Source of the DNA: Pyrodictium occultum
GTDB taxonomy: Archaea; Thermoproteota; Thermoprotei_A; Sulfolobales; Pyrodictiaceae
Assembly: GCF_001462395.1 (NCBI RefSeq)
Contig: NZ_LNTB01000001.1
Coordinates: 870,001-902,000 of the forward strand
DNA length: 32,000 bases
Reading direction: 5' to 3'
Shown here: positions 16,249 to 24,522 of the stretch, piece by piece
Position numbering within the stretch: position 1 is the stretch's first letter
How the letters are laid out: each line of letters opens with the position of its first letter
Made by a program: the position numbers and the translations under genes
The notes under the pieces: model-generated
The model's database searches: none
What the model was told of the DNA's origin: nothing
What the model saw: only the letters and a program-made list of their open reading frames with translations

Positions 16249-18477
16249 ATGGCGTCCGGGAAGACCCTAGGCGCTATAGGCGTGTTAATCATAATCCTGG
16301 CCATAATAGCTGCCTACGTGTCCCTCCACAAGGGCGGAGGACCGGTAGCAACTACAACCACCACGGCCGCCACGACCACAGCCGCCTCGACCTCCCCGGC
16401 AACGCAGGCTCCCGGGACCACCACGACCCGCACCGCTACAGCCAGCCCAACGGCCACCGCCACCCAGACAGCGAAGCCTGCTCAGCTGCCCAAGGGAGTC
16501 CACGTGATAGAGACGAGCAAGGCCGTGGTGGTAGTGGCTCCCAAGGGGGTCAGCATACCCCAAATAGAGACCCACGGTAAGAAGCTAGTGGTAGTGAGGT
16601 ACGTTGTAGACGAGAAGCACACCAAGCCCATAAACGAGTCGGTAGCCTTCACAACCATAGACCCCGCCTTCTACAGGAACACAACCATAGACGCGCTGAT
16701 AATCGCTGCCAGGAGGGAGACCAACCCCGAGATACGCGAGATACTCTACGAGGCAATCTACAAGCTGAGCAACTACGAGGTCCCCATACTCTGGCTGGGC
16801 CAGTATAAGCAGGTACGCGTCCAGTGGAGCTGGCTCCACGGCCGCTACTACCACCCGATCCTCGCCGAGCGCTACGACCTCCTCTGGGAGGACAAGAACG
16901 CCCCCAGCGTGGACCTTGGGCTGGGAGGCTACAAGAACGATCCCAGCACCTACGTGATAGTCACCATAGGCTGGCCTGACACCTTCGACCCCGCCGCCGA
17001 CTACGAGACCTTCGGCTGGGCGATATGGCACAACATAGGCGACACCCTGGTAACCTACTGGAAGAACGAGACCAAGGAGGTGAGCCCCGACCTAGCGGTG
17101 GCCTGGGCCCACAGCGAGGACGGCACCGTGTGGTACTTCGTGATAAGGGGCGGCGTGAAGGCCTACGACCCCTGGGACAAGAAGACCTACAATATAACCG
17201 CTGTCGATGCGCTGTTCAGCATATGGCGCATAGCCAGGCTGGGCCTAGACCCCAGCTGGATGATAACCGAGTTCGTCGACGTTAACAACTCCAAGGTGCT
17301 GACCGAGCAGGAGTTCAACCAGCTCCTGCAGAAGGGCGGCATCTACGCCGAGTACCACGGGAAGACCGTGGAGCCGAAGAGCCTGGACGAGCTGCTAAAG
17401 TTCTTCGGCTACAGCGGCGGGACCGCCGGCGTAGTCATGCTGAAGCTGAAGCAGCCCTACGGCGCTATACTAAGCATACTCGCCGACCCCTTCGCCAGCG
17501 TCGTGCCCATGAAGTACTTCTTCGACAACATTGACCAGCTGAAGGGCAAGTACGAGGAGGCGCTCAAGGCCAGCAACTACGGCAAGAACCCCGCCGCCTG
17601 GGCAGCCTACGTGAAGCCCGGCGAGCAGGACCCGACCCACCTGCTGCTCCACAAGAAGCCCGTCGGCACCGGCCCCTACTACGTGAAGGAGTACAAGGAG
17701 AACAGCTACATAGTGCTCGAGTACAACCCCTACTACTGGAACAAGACCCTCTGGACAATGAAGCCCTACGGCGAGAACGGCGTCCCCAGCCACAAGACAG
17801 TGATCTACCTGATAAACAATGACGCGGTCTCCAGGATAGAGATACTGAAGTCCGGCCAGGCCGACACCGGCGCGATACCGCTCGACAGGCTCAAGGACGT
17901 GAAGGACTACCAGATGGAGGGCACCAGCTTCAGGATACAGGTGGAGGAGGGCGGCATAGAGCCCACGATAATCTACATAGTGCTGAACACTATGAAGCCT
18001 CCGTTCAACAACAGGCTGGTAAGGCAGGCGCTGATATACATGATACCCTTCGAGCAGATAAGCAGCGCTGTGTACGCTGGCTACCTGGTGCCGCTGTACG
18101 GCGTGCTACCCGCCGGGTTCCCCGGGCACAACGACGACATAGTGATCAAGTACCACTTCGACCCCGCTAAGGCCACGGAGCTGATAAGGAAGAGCGGCAT
18201 CAACCCATCCGAGTACACGATAGAGATATGGTACAACACTGGTAACAGCCAGCGCGAGAAGATAGCGTCGATACTCCAGCAGACCTGGGGCCAGCTGGGC
18301 TTCAGGGTGACCGTGAAGGCGTTGAACTGGCCAACCCTGCTGAGTAAGACCGAGAAGGGCGACTTCGACGTCTACATCATAGGCTGGGCGCCCGACTACC
18401 TGGACCCCGACGACTACGCCGGCCCACTGCTCTACGGCGGCACCAAGTTCAGCGAGATAACAGTCACAGTGAAGTAA
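16249..18477 (+). CDS. ABC transporter substrate-binding protein, family 5 (OppA/DppA-like), with an N-terminal membrane anchor and a Thr-rich stalk; domain order appears circularly permuted
   Basis: MASGKTLGAIGVLIIILAIIAAYVSL is the anchor, followed by the stalk TTTTTAATTTAASTSPATQAPGTTTTRTATASPTATATQT. Family-5 blocks are VGTGPYYVKEYKENSYIVLEYNPYYW and IIGWAPDYLDPDDY. The track start at 16162 sits too close to the TATA box, so I prefer the ATG at 16249. Confidence 0.85.
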   Translation: MASGKTLGAIGVLIIILAIIAAYVSLHKGGGPVATTTTTAATTTAASTSPATQAPGTTTTRTATASPTATATQTAKPAQLPKGVHVIETSKAVVVVAPKGVSIPQIETHGKKLVVVRYVVDEKHTKPINESVAFTTIDPAFYRNTTIDALIIAARRETNPEIREILYEAIYKLSNYEVPILWLGQYKQVRVQWSWLHGRYYHPILAERYDLLWEDKNAPSVDLGLGGYKNDPSTYVIVTIGWPDTFDPAADYETFGWAIWHNIGDTLVTYWKNETKEVSPDLAVAWAHSEDGTVWYFVIRGGVKAYDPWDKKTYNITAVDALFSIWRIARLGLDPSWMITEFVDVNNSKVLTEQEFNQLLQKGGIYAEYHGKTVEPKSLDELLKFFGYSGGTAGVVMLKLKQPYGAILSILADPFASVVPMKYFFDNIDQLKGKYEEALKASNYGKNPAAWAAYVKPGEQDPTHLLLHKKPVGTGPYYVKEYKENSYIVLEYNPYYWNKTLWTMKPYGENGVPSHKTVIYLINNDAVSRIEILKSGQADTGAIPLDRLKDVKDYQMEGTSFRIQVEEGGIEPTIIYIVLNTMKPPFNNRLVRQALIYMIPFEQISSAVYAGYLVPLYGVLPAGFPGHNDDIVIKYHFDPAKATELIRKSGINPSEYTIEIWYNTGNSQREKIASILQQTWGQLGFRVTVKALNWPTLLSKTEKGDFDVYIIGWAPDYLDPDDYAGPLLYGGTKFSEITVTVK

Positions 18478-18502
18478 CCGGCCAACCCTGTGAACCCGTA
18501 GT

Positions 18503-18510
18503 CTTTTTCC
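18503..18510 (+). terminator. Oligo-T tract (cttttt) downstream of the binding-protein gene
   Basis: A T5 run lies 26 nt after the stop at 18477, in an otherwise GC-rich convergent spacer. Oligo-T tracts are the usual archaeal termination signal. Confidence 0.35.
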
Positions 18511-18576
18511 CCTCTCCCCGTCTCCACCGGGCCCCTTCTCGCGGGCCCCGGCGCGTCCCCCCGGGTTCTACGCTCC

Positions 18577-19365
18577 CTACGCGGTGTCCACCGGCACGGG
18601 CACGCTCCTCCCGGCCACCCGGGCCATCTCCACCCTAACCCCGAACACCTCCTCCAGCAGCCCCGGCTCCAGCACCTCTCCCGGCCCCCCGGCGGCCACC
18701 ACCCGGCCCCGGTGGAGCACTGCCACCCGGTCGGCGTAGAGCCCGGCTAGCACCATGTCGTGGGTCGCGGCCACCACGATGCGTCCCCTTCTCGCCTCCT
18801 CTACGAGCAGCTTGTAGGTGAGCAGTCTCCCGCGCAGGTCGAGGAAGCTAGTGGGCTCGTCGGCGAGCAGCGCCCGGGCGCCCCTGGCGAGAGCGTGGGC
18901 TAGGAGGGCCCGCTGCCTCTCGCCGCTGCTCAGCGCCGCAAGCCTCCTCGCCGCGAGCCCCGCAGCCTCCACCCTGGCAAGCTGCCTCCTAGCCTCCGCG
19001 AGGTCTCTCTCCGAGGGGCCCAGGGCCAGGCTCCGGCGGAGCGGGTAGCGGCTGGCGGCGACGAACTCCTCGACGCTCTGCCCGAGCCCCGGCGCCTCCA
19101 GGAAGGCCGGGATGTAGGCTAGCCGCCTGGCCCTCTCCCTCGGGGGGAGCCGGTGGACCTCCACCCCGTCGAGGAGGACGCGGCCCCTGCTGGGCTCCAG
19201 CAGCCCTGCCACCGTCTTGAGGAGCGTGGTCTTCCCGGCCCCGTTGGGCCCAAGCACCACGGTGACCAGCCCGGGCCTGGCCTCAAGGCTCACCCCGTCC
19301 AGGATGGTGGCGCCGCCCAGCTCCACGCGGATATCGAGGGCCCTCAGCCCCTCAGCCTCCTCCAT
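18577..19365 (-). CDS. ABC transporter ATP-binding protein, iron-siderophore/cobalamin type (FepC/BtuD-like)
   Basis: Walker A is GPNGAGKTT, the signature is LSSGERQRALLA and Walker B is LLADEPTSFLD. It follows a FecCD-type permease and a Peripla_BP_2-type binding protein. Confidence 0.85.
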   Translation of the reverse strand: MEEAEGLRALDIRVELGGATILDGVSLEARPGLVTVVLGPNGAGKTTLLKTVAGLLEPSRGRVLLDGVEVHRLPPRERARRLAYIPAFLEAPGLGQSVEEFVAASRYPLRRSLALGPSERDLAEARRQLARVEAAGLAARRLAALSSGERQRALLAHALARGARALLADEPTSFLDLRGRLLTYKLLVEEARRGRIVVAATHDMVLAGLYADRVAVLHRGRVVAAGGPGEVLEPGLLEEVFGVRVEMARVAGRSVPVPVDTA

Positions 19366-19372
19366 GCCTCAC

Positions 19373-20344
19373 CTAGCCCTCCTCCAGGCCGCCGCGGAGG
19401 AGCATGTAGGCGAGGAAGGCGCCCCCCACGCTGCTGGTTATCAGCCCGGCGGGCACCTCGCCGAGGCCCATGGCCAGGGCGAGCAGCCTACCCGCCAGGT
19501 CGGCGGACAACGCCGTAGCCGCGCCCAGGAGCAGGGAGCCCGGGATGCTGCGGCTCGGGTGGCCGCCGGCCAGCAGCCTTGCAGCGTTAGGGGCTACGAG
19601 GCCAACAAAGCCTATGAGCCCGGCGGCGTAGACGCACACGGAGGTCAGCGCCGCGGCCGCGAGGCTCGCCGCCAGCCTCACCCGGGCCGGGCTATAGCCC
19701 ATGGCCGCGGCGGCCTCGTCGCCGTAGGAGACCGCGTCGAGGCCCCTCGCCAGAGCCGCCCCCAGTAGGGCCGCGGCCGCGGCCGCCCCCAGCGCTGTGT
19801 AGACGTCCCCCGGGACCGCGTAGGCGAAGCTGCCGAGGAGCACCATGGCGGCGGGCATGCCCAGCCTCGCCTCTGCCAGCATGACGAGCATGCTCGAGAG
19901 CCCCGAGAGCAGGCTCGAGACCGCCAGGCCGGCGAGCACCAGCCCGGCCCGGGTGAAGCCCAGCCGGGCTGCGAGCCCGGCGGAGGCCAGGTAGGCGGCG
20001 AACCCGCCCAGGGTTCCGGCGAGGAGAGGCAGGCCGGGCAGGGGCGCCCCGTCCCAGGCGAGCAAGACGAGCACGGAGGCCAGCAGCGCCCCGGGCGAGA
20101 CGCCCAGTATGCTCGGGCTGGCCAGAGGGTTGGAGACGCTGTACTGCATCAGCGCCCCGGCAGCCCCCAGGGCGGCGCCAACCCCTAGGGCTAGGAGGCT
20201 GCGGAGAAGCCGGAGCCGGAGGATCAGCCCCCAGCCGCCCGGATCGAGCGGGTTGTAGACCCCGGCGGGCCCGACTGAGAGCGAGGCCAGGAAGAGCAGC
20301 GCCAGGGCCGCGCCGAGCCAGGGAAAAACACGCGGGCTCCCCAT
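19373..20344 (-). CDS. ABC transporter permease, FecCD/BtuC family
   Basis: 323-aa polytopic protein. GLIGFVGLVAPNAARLLAGGHPSRSIPGSLLLGAATALSADLAGR matches the FecCD signature (GFVGLvvPHiaRll.G.dhr.llp.s.l.Ga..l..aD). Confidence 0.85.
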   Translation of the reverse strand: MGSPRVFPWLGAALALLFLASLSVGPAGVYNPLDPGGWGLILRLRLLRSLLALGVGAALGAAGALMQYSVSNPLASPSILGVSPGALLASVLVLLAWDGAPLPGLPLLAGTLGGFAAYLASAGLAARLGFTRAGLVLAGLAVSSLLSGLSSMLVMLAEARLGMPAAMVLLGSFAYAVPGDVYTALGAAAAAALLGAALARGLDAVSYGDEAAAAMGYSPARVRLAASLAAAALTSVCVYAAGLIGFVGLVAPNAARLLAGGHPSRSIPGSLLLGAATALSADLAGRLLALAMGLGEVPAGLITSSVGGAFLAYMLLRGGLEEG

Positions 20345-20364
20345 GGGAGGCGCCCCGGTCCCCC

Positions 20365-21528
20365 TTAGCCGCTCTGGCCTAGGCAGTGGTAGCTCTCGGC
20401 GAGGCCTGCCGGGGCCTCCACCTTGTCGGGGTGGAGCAAGTGGGCTAGCAGGTAGGCGGCGTCAACCACTCCAGGGCTTGGGCGGTTTAGACGGTTTGCC
20501 GCCTCGCCGTAGAGCACGCAGACGTGGCCCTCCCTGAAGGCCCTCGCGTTCTTCAGCGGCGTGGACTCGAACAGCGCTATGGTGCGGTTGTAGTCGGCGG
20601 GGGACATACCCGTCACCACTATGTAGTCGGGGTTCTTGGAGAGTATCTCCTCGTAGCCGACCATCTGCCACCCGTGGAGGCTGTGGAACACGTTCGTGCC
20701 GCCTGCAAGGTTTACCAGCGTGTCCTGGAATGTGCCGCCGCCGGCCACCCAGGCGCCGTTCTTCTGCAGGTAGACTAGCAGCGCCACGCTGGGCCTGGTC
20801 ATGTTGGCCAGCGCCTCCTCGAGCCTGGCGACCCGCTCCCGCATCCCCTCTATCACCTTATCGGCTGCCTCGGGGCGGCCGAGCAGGGTGGCCACGGCTC
20901 GGAGGTCCCAGTAGATGTCGTTCAGGTCCCTGGCCCGGTCGCAGCGGAGGAAGAACACCCTTATCCCCAGCTGCTCCAGCTGCGGCGCCATCCTCTCCTG
21001 GTAGGGTACGCCGCTGCAGGCGAGCACCAGGTCGGGGTGCAGCGCCGCTATCTTCTCCGGGCTGGGGTTCCAGTAGCCGCCCACCACGGTGGCGTTCGAC
21101 GGCACCCCTTCCACCGTCTTGGAGTAGCTGTCTAGCCCCACTATCCTGCTGCAGAGCCCTAGGCTGCACACATCCTCCGTTATCGAGGGGGCCAGGGTTA
21201 CTATCCTCTCCGCGGGCTTCTCCAGCACAATACTCCTGCCCAGCGCGTCCACGAGCACTATCCTCGTGGCCGTGGCTGTCACGGTGGCCGTGCTCGTCTC
21301 AACGATCGTGTGATTCTCCACCAGGGTCTTTGTCACGGTCTCTGTAGCCGTCACGGTGCTCGGCGGCATGGTCTGCGTCACAGTGGTTGTCACGGTAGTG
21401 GCCACCGTCTCCGTGGCTGTCTTGGAGCCGCTCCTGCCAGCTAGGTAGCCGGCTGCTAGGCCCACTAGGAGGAGGACCACTGCCAGGGCCACAGCTGCTC
21501 CGGTCCTCAAGGCCTGCCGCCGGAGCAC
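20365..21528 (-). CDS. ABC transporter substrate-binding protein, Peripla_BP_2 (BtuF/FepB-like), with an N-terminal anchor and a Thr/Val-rich stalk
   Basis: AAVALAVVLLLVGLAAGYLAG is the anchor, followed by a T/V-rich linker. The core reads RIVTLAPSITEDVCSLGLCSRIVGLDSYS...GGYWNPSPEKIAALHPDLVLA. GTG start at 21528; a TTG at 21510 is also possible. Confidence 0.8.
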   Translation of the reverse strand: MLRRQALRTGAAVALAVVLLLVGLAAGYLAGRSGSKTATETVATTVTTTVTQTMPPSTVTATETVTKTLVENHTIVETSTATVTATATRIVLVDALGRSIVLEKPAERIVTLAPSITEDVCSLGLCSRIVGLDSYSKTVEGVPSNATVVGGYWNPSPEKIAALHPDLVLACSGVPYQERMAPQLEQLGIRVFFLRCDRARDLNDIYWDLRAVATLLGRPEAADKVIEGMRERVARLEEALANMTRPSVALLVYLQKNGAWVAGGGTFQDTLVNLAGGTNVFHSLHGWQMVGYEEILSKNPDYIVVTGMSPADYNRTIALFESTPLKNARAFREGHVCVLYGEAANRLNRPSPGVVDAAYLLAHLLHPDKVEAPAGLAESYHCLGQSG

Positions 21529-22930
21529 TGGCTGGACCCGGGGTCCAATACTTATGCTTATAGCTGTTGAGCTGGCCTTCCTGAGCCCCGGCGCGGAACC
21601 GGCGGCCGGTGGCCCGGCGGTACACGGCCTCCAGCAGGGCCACGGCGGTGTAGACGGTGACCGTGGTGTAGAAGGCGCGTGGGTTGCTCGCCAGCTGGTA
21701 GTAGAGGAGGAGGGCCAGCAGGGCCAGCACCACCGCGAGGCTCAGCAGTATGAGCGGCCTGCTCCCCCGGGTCTCGCCGGCGAGCCGGTAGTGGGACACT
21801 ATGACGGCCATATACACGGCTATGAATGTGGCGCTGCAGACCTCCGCCACCCCGTCCAGGTTGAGCCCGAGGGCGAAGGCGAGGCTCAGGAGCGCGGTTA
21901 TGTAGAGGCCCTCGGGCTCGCTGAGCCAGCTCCTTCTCTCGAACACTCTGGGCAGCTCCCCCTTCTTGGCGAGCGCGTAGGCTATGTTGGCGCCCCCGTA
22001 GAGGCTGGCGTTTATCGCGCTGCTCGTGGAGAGCAGCGCCCCCAGCGAGACCATTGTGAAGCCGAGGCTCCCGAGGAAGGGCCTCGCCGCCTCGGCGAGC
22101 GCGTAGTCCCTGGCCCTTGCCAGCTCCTCCACCGGCAGGTTGCCAACGGCGACAACAGCCACGAGCACGTAGACGAGGCTTGCTATCACCAGGCTCAGGT
22201 AGATTGCCCGGGGCACGTTGCGCTCGGGGTCCTCTATGTCCTCCGAGGCGTTGGTCACCAGCCCGAACCCGGTGTAGCTGAGGAAGAAGACCGAGGCGGC
22301 GTAGAGCGCTCCCCGCAGCCCGCGGGGGCTGAGGTCGGGGGCGAGCAGGCCCGGCTCCACGCTCCAGATGCCGGCGGCTATGAAGAGGCCCAGCACCGCC
22401 AGCTTGGCAGCCACTATGGCGCCCTCGGCCCTGCCCACGGTCTTCGAGCCCCTTATGTCGAGCGCGGTGAAGAAGGCTATGGCCAGCGCCTCGGCGAGGC
22501 CGGCGGCGAGGCCACCGGGCTCCCGGCCGAGGAGGGCGAGGAGGTAGCCGGCAAACGCCTTGGCGAACATGGATATTGAGAGCACGTAGGTGAGCCAGAG
22601 CATGAAGGCCAGGACCCCGGTGGCCAGGCCGTCCCCCAGCCCCCTTATGATGAACTCTATCGGGCCGGCGTTTGAGACGAACCTGGCGCCCAGCTTGGCA
22701 TAGGAGTAGGCCACGAGGCCGGCCGCGAGAGAGTCGAGGACCAGCGCCAGGGGAAGGTCCCTGCCCGCGACCTCGGCCCCCACGCCGACCAGCGCGAATA
22801 TGCTAGCCCCTATGATCATGCCGACGGCTATGGCGGTGGCCTCCCAGAGGCTCAGCTTACCGCCTCCAGGCCTCAGCCCATCCCCACCCCCGGCGGCCCG
22901 GCCCCCGGGGGCCCGCCGGGGTAAAGACAA
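21299..22930 (-). CDS. APC-superfamily amino acid permease; the 3' roughly 95 codons form a doubtful low-complexity tail overlapping the next gene
   Basis: KLSLWEATAIAVGMIIGASIFALVG is the typical APC first helix, followed by about 12 hydrophobic segments ending near AVYRRATGRRF. The start is uncertain: the track start at 23068 is TTG and adds a P/G/R-rich leader, so I chose the TTG at 22928-22930. The frame stays open to 21299. Confidence 0.7.
   Translation of the reverse strand: MSLPRRAPGGRAAGGGDGLRPGGGKLSLWEATAIAVGMIIGASIFALVGVGAEVAGRDLPLALVLDSLAAGLVAYSYAKLGARFVSNAGPIEFIIRGLGDGLATGVLAFMLWLTYVLSISMFAKAFAGYLLALLGREPGGLAAGLAEALAIAFFTALDIRGSKTVGRAEGAIVAAKLAVLGLFIAAGIWSVEPGLLAPDLSPRGLRGALYAASVFFLSYTGFGLVTNASEDIEDPERNVPRAIYLSLVIASLVYVLVAVVAVGNLPVEELARARDYALAEAARPFLGSLGFTMVSLGALLSTSSAINASLYGGANIAYALAKKGELPRVFERRSWLSEPEGLYITALLSLAFALGLNLDGVAEVCSATFIAVYMAVIVSHYRLAGETRGSRPLILLSLAVVLALLALLLYYQLASNPRAFYTTVTVYTAVALLEAVYRRATGRRFRAGAQEGQLNSYKHKYWTPGPASAPAAGLEDRSSCGPGSGPPPSGPSSRLPSWQERLQDSHGDGGHYRDNHCDADHAAEHRDGYRDRDKDPGGESHDR
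21547..21564 (-). promoter_or_regulatory. TATA-like AT island (minus strand GCTATAAGCATAAGTATT) upstream of the BtuF-like gene
   Basis: This low-GC patch lies 20-35 nt upstream of the GTG at 21528, the spacing expected for an archaeal promoter with a short or absent leader. It lies inside the uninterrupted reading frame of the upstream permease ORF. Confidence 0.4.
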
Positions 22931-23074
22931 TAGGCGCCTCGCCAGCCGCCAGCCCGGGGTAGGCGGGAGTGAGGAGATGTAGCAAAGCTGAGGCCCTCCA
23001 CGGCGTCTCCCCCGGGGGCCGTGGGGGCCTAGGTGTGAAGACCAAGGGGCTGCTGGCCGACCCGCCAATCCCCT

Positions 23075-23614
23075 CTAGCCCCTGCATGCAGCCTCCCTGG
23101 CGGCCCTGGCGTAGCCCCTGTCGCGGCGGGCCAGCTCGGAGTAGATCCTCCTCATCCCCTCGTCCACGGGGAGGAGAACGCCATCCCCGCCGCGGGTGAA
23201 GGCGGCGTACCGCGTCTCGCCTAGGGGCTCGAGCCCCTGGAGGCCGCGGGCCAGCGCCAGGGCGTAGGCCTTCTCGGGCACCTCCACTCGGTCCCAGAGG
23301 CCGGCCGCCTCGAGCAGCTTCACGGGTATGAGGAGCCAGGCCAGGCTGCGCCACGCCCTGCCCCTCCGCACCCGGGGCCTGGGGATCCTCTCCCTGGCGA
23401 GGTGCTGGATCTCCTCCACCTGGTCCCGGGCCTCCACCCTCGCGGGGAGCCGGCAGCCGCCGGCCGGGGCGCCGGAGAGACGCTCAGCCGGCTGGACTAG
23501 GAGGACCACCCGGTACCTCTCCTCCAGGCTCGGCCAGAAGTAGGCGTCCATTCCCACCAGCCGGTCGCCGAGCCTGGCGAGGTGGAAGGGTACTAGCACA
23601 ACCTCCATCCCCAA
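23075..23614 (-). CDS. Hypothetical protein (179 aa, soluble, no recognised motif), 12 nt downstream of the pilin-like gene
   Basis: It is the longest ORF in this interval, with a balanced amino-acid composition unlike the P/R/G-rich alternative frames, and it is tightly spaced behind 23627-24415. I could not recognise a family. Confidence 0.45.
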   Translation of the reverse strand: MGMEVVLVPFHLARLGDRLVGMDAYFWPSLEERYRVVLLVQPAERLSGAPAGGCRLPARVEARDQVEEIQHLARERIPRPRVRRGRAWRSLAWLLIPVKLLEAAGLWDRVEVPEKAYALALARGLQGLEPLGETRYAAFTRGGDGVLLPVDEGMRRIYSELARRDRGYARAAREAACRG

Positions 23615-23626
23615 GGCCGCCGCCTC

Positions 23627-24415
23627 CTATGAGGCCCTCTCCACGTAGAGCACGAGCCTCACAGTTACGGGGAACTCCTGGCCGGCTATAGGGTACCAGT
23701 AGCCCGCCACGTAGTTTGGCCCCGCCACGTCCTTGTAGACCACCACCGGGCTGGCGGCCCACATGGGGTGCCGGCCCGTCGAGTTCAAGACCTCGATCAT
23801 GGCGTAGACGAGCCTGTAGCCGCCGGGCACGTCTATCCTATAGTCCACCCGGTATAGGCCGGTGCTGGGGCTTGTCACGGATAGCGTTAGGTTCGCGTCA
23901 CCCGCCTCCAGGGTCCTGCTGTACCCGTCCTGGGCGGGGAGCCTAGCAACTATCGCCCCCATCAGGCTGCATAGGGGGGCTACGGGCGCCACAGCCTCCA
24001 CGCCGCTGCGCGCCACAATCTTGGCGTACACCGGGTTGACCAGGCTGGTGTTCTCGAGGGGTAGCACGATCAGGGCGGTGAAGCCCCCGGGCGGGATACT
24101 CATGCCCCCCGTTATGTTGTAGACCACCGCAGGTATCGCCGAGCCCGTCGAGTCCAGTATGTAGCCGCTAGTCATGTTGTCCAGCTCGGCCGCCGCGAGG
24201 CCCGTGTTGCTCAGCGACACCTTTACCCCGTAGCAGTAGCTCCCATTGCCGCTGTAGAGGGGCGCGGCGTCCTCGATACGCAGCTCGGGCAGCAGCGCCG
24301 GAGTCCCTAGGGAGCCCGAGACCTGGCCGCTGAGCCAGGTGTAGAGGAGGGCGGCTGCCGCGGCAGCTATGAGTATCAGCAGCACCTCCGCCACCACCGG
24401 CGATAAAGCCCTCAA
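23627..24415 (-). CDS. Archaeal type IV pilin-like protein with a class III signal peptide (Pilin_N / DUF1628-type)
   Basis: The N-terminus (M)RALSPVVAEVLLILIAAAAAALLYTWLSG matches the archaeal prepilin motif (basic residue, small residue, then SPV(I/V)..vLLi.I.v..a..ly.w). The remainder is beta-rich and carries seven N-x-S/T sequons (NGS, NTG, NMT, NIT, NTS, NLT, NST). TTG start. Confidence 0.75.
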   Translation of the reverse strand: MRALSPVVAEVLLILIAAAAAALLYTWLSGQVSGSLGTPALLPELRIEDAAPLYSGNGSYCYGVKVSLSNTGLAAAELDNMTSGYILDSTGSAIPAVVYNITGGMSIPPGGFTALIVLPLENTSLVNPVYAKIVARSGVEAVAPVAPLCSLMGAIVARLPAQDGYSRTLEAGDANLTLSVTSPSTGLYRVDYRIDVPGGYRLVYAMIEVLNSTGRHPMWAASPVVVYKDVAGPNYVAGYWYPIAGQEFPVTVRLVLYVERAS

Positions 24416-24463
24416 CCCGCCGCCCTCCTCTACACACCTAGGCTTCCACCCCGGGGTTAGAGG

Positions 24464-24470
24464 CTATATA
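24464..24470. promoter_or_regulatory. TATA box (ctatata) in the pilin / Nudix divergent spacer
   Basis: This is the only AT-rich element in the 107-nt spacer. It lies about 50 nt from both the TTG at 24415 (minus) and the ATG at 24523 (plus). Confidence 0.4.
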
Positions 24471-24522
24471 CCGCCTAGCCCGGTCCCCCTCGGAGCCAGC
24501 CAGGCCCCGGCGGCTCCAGGGG

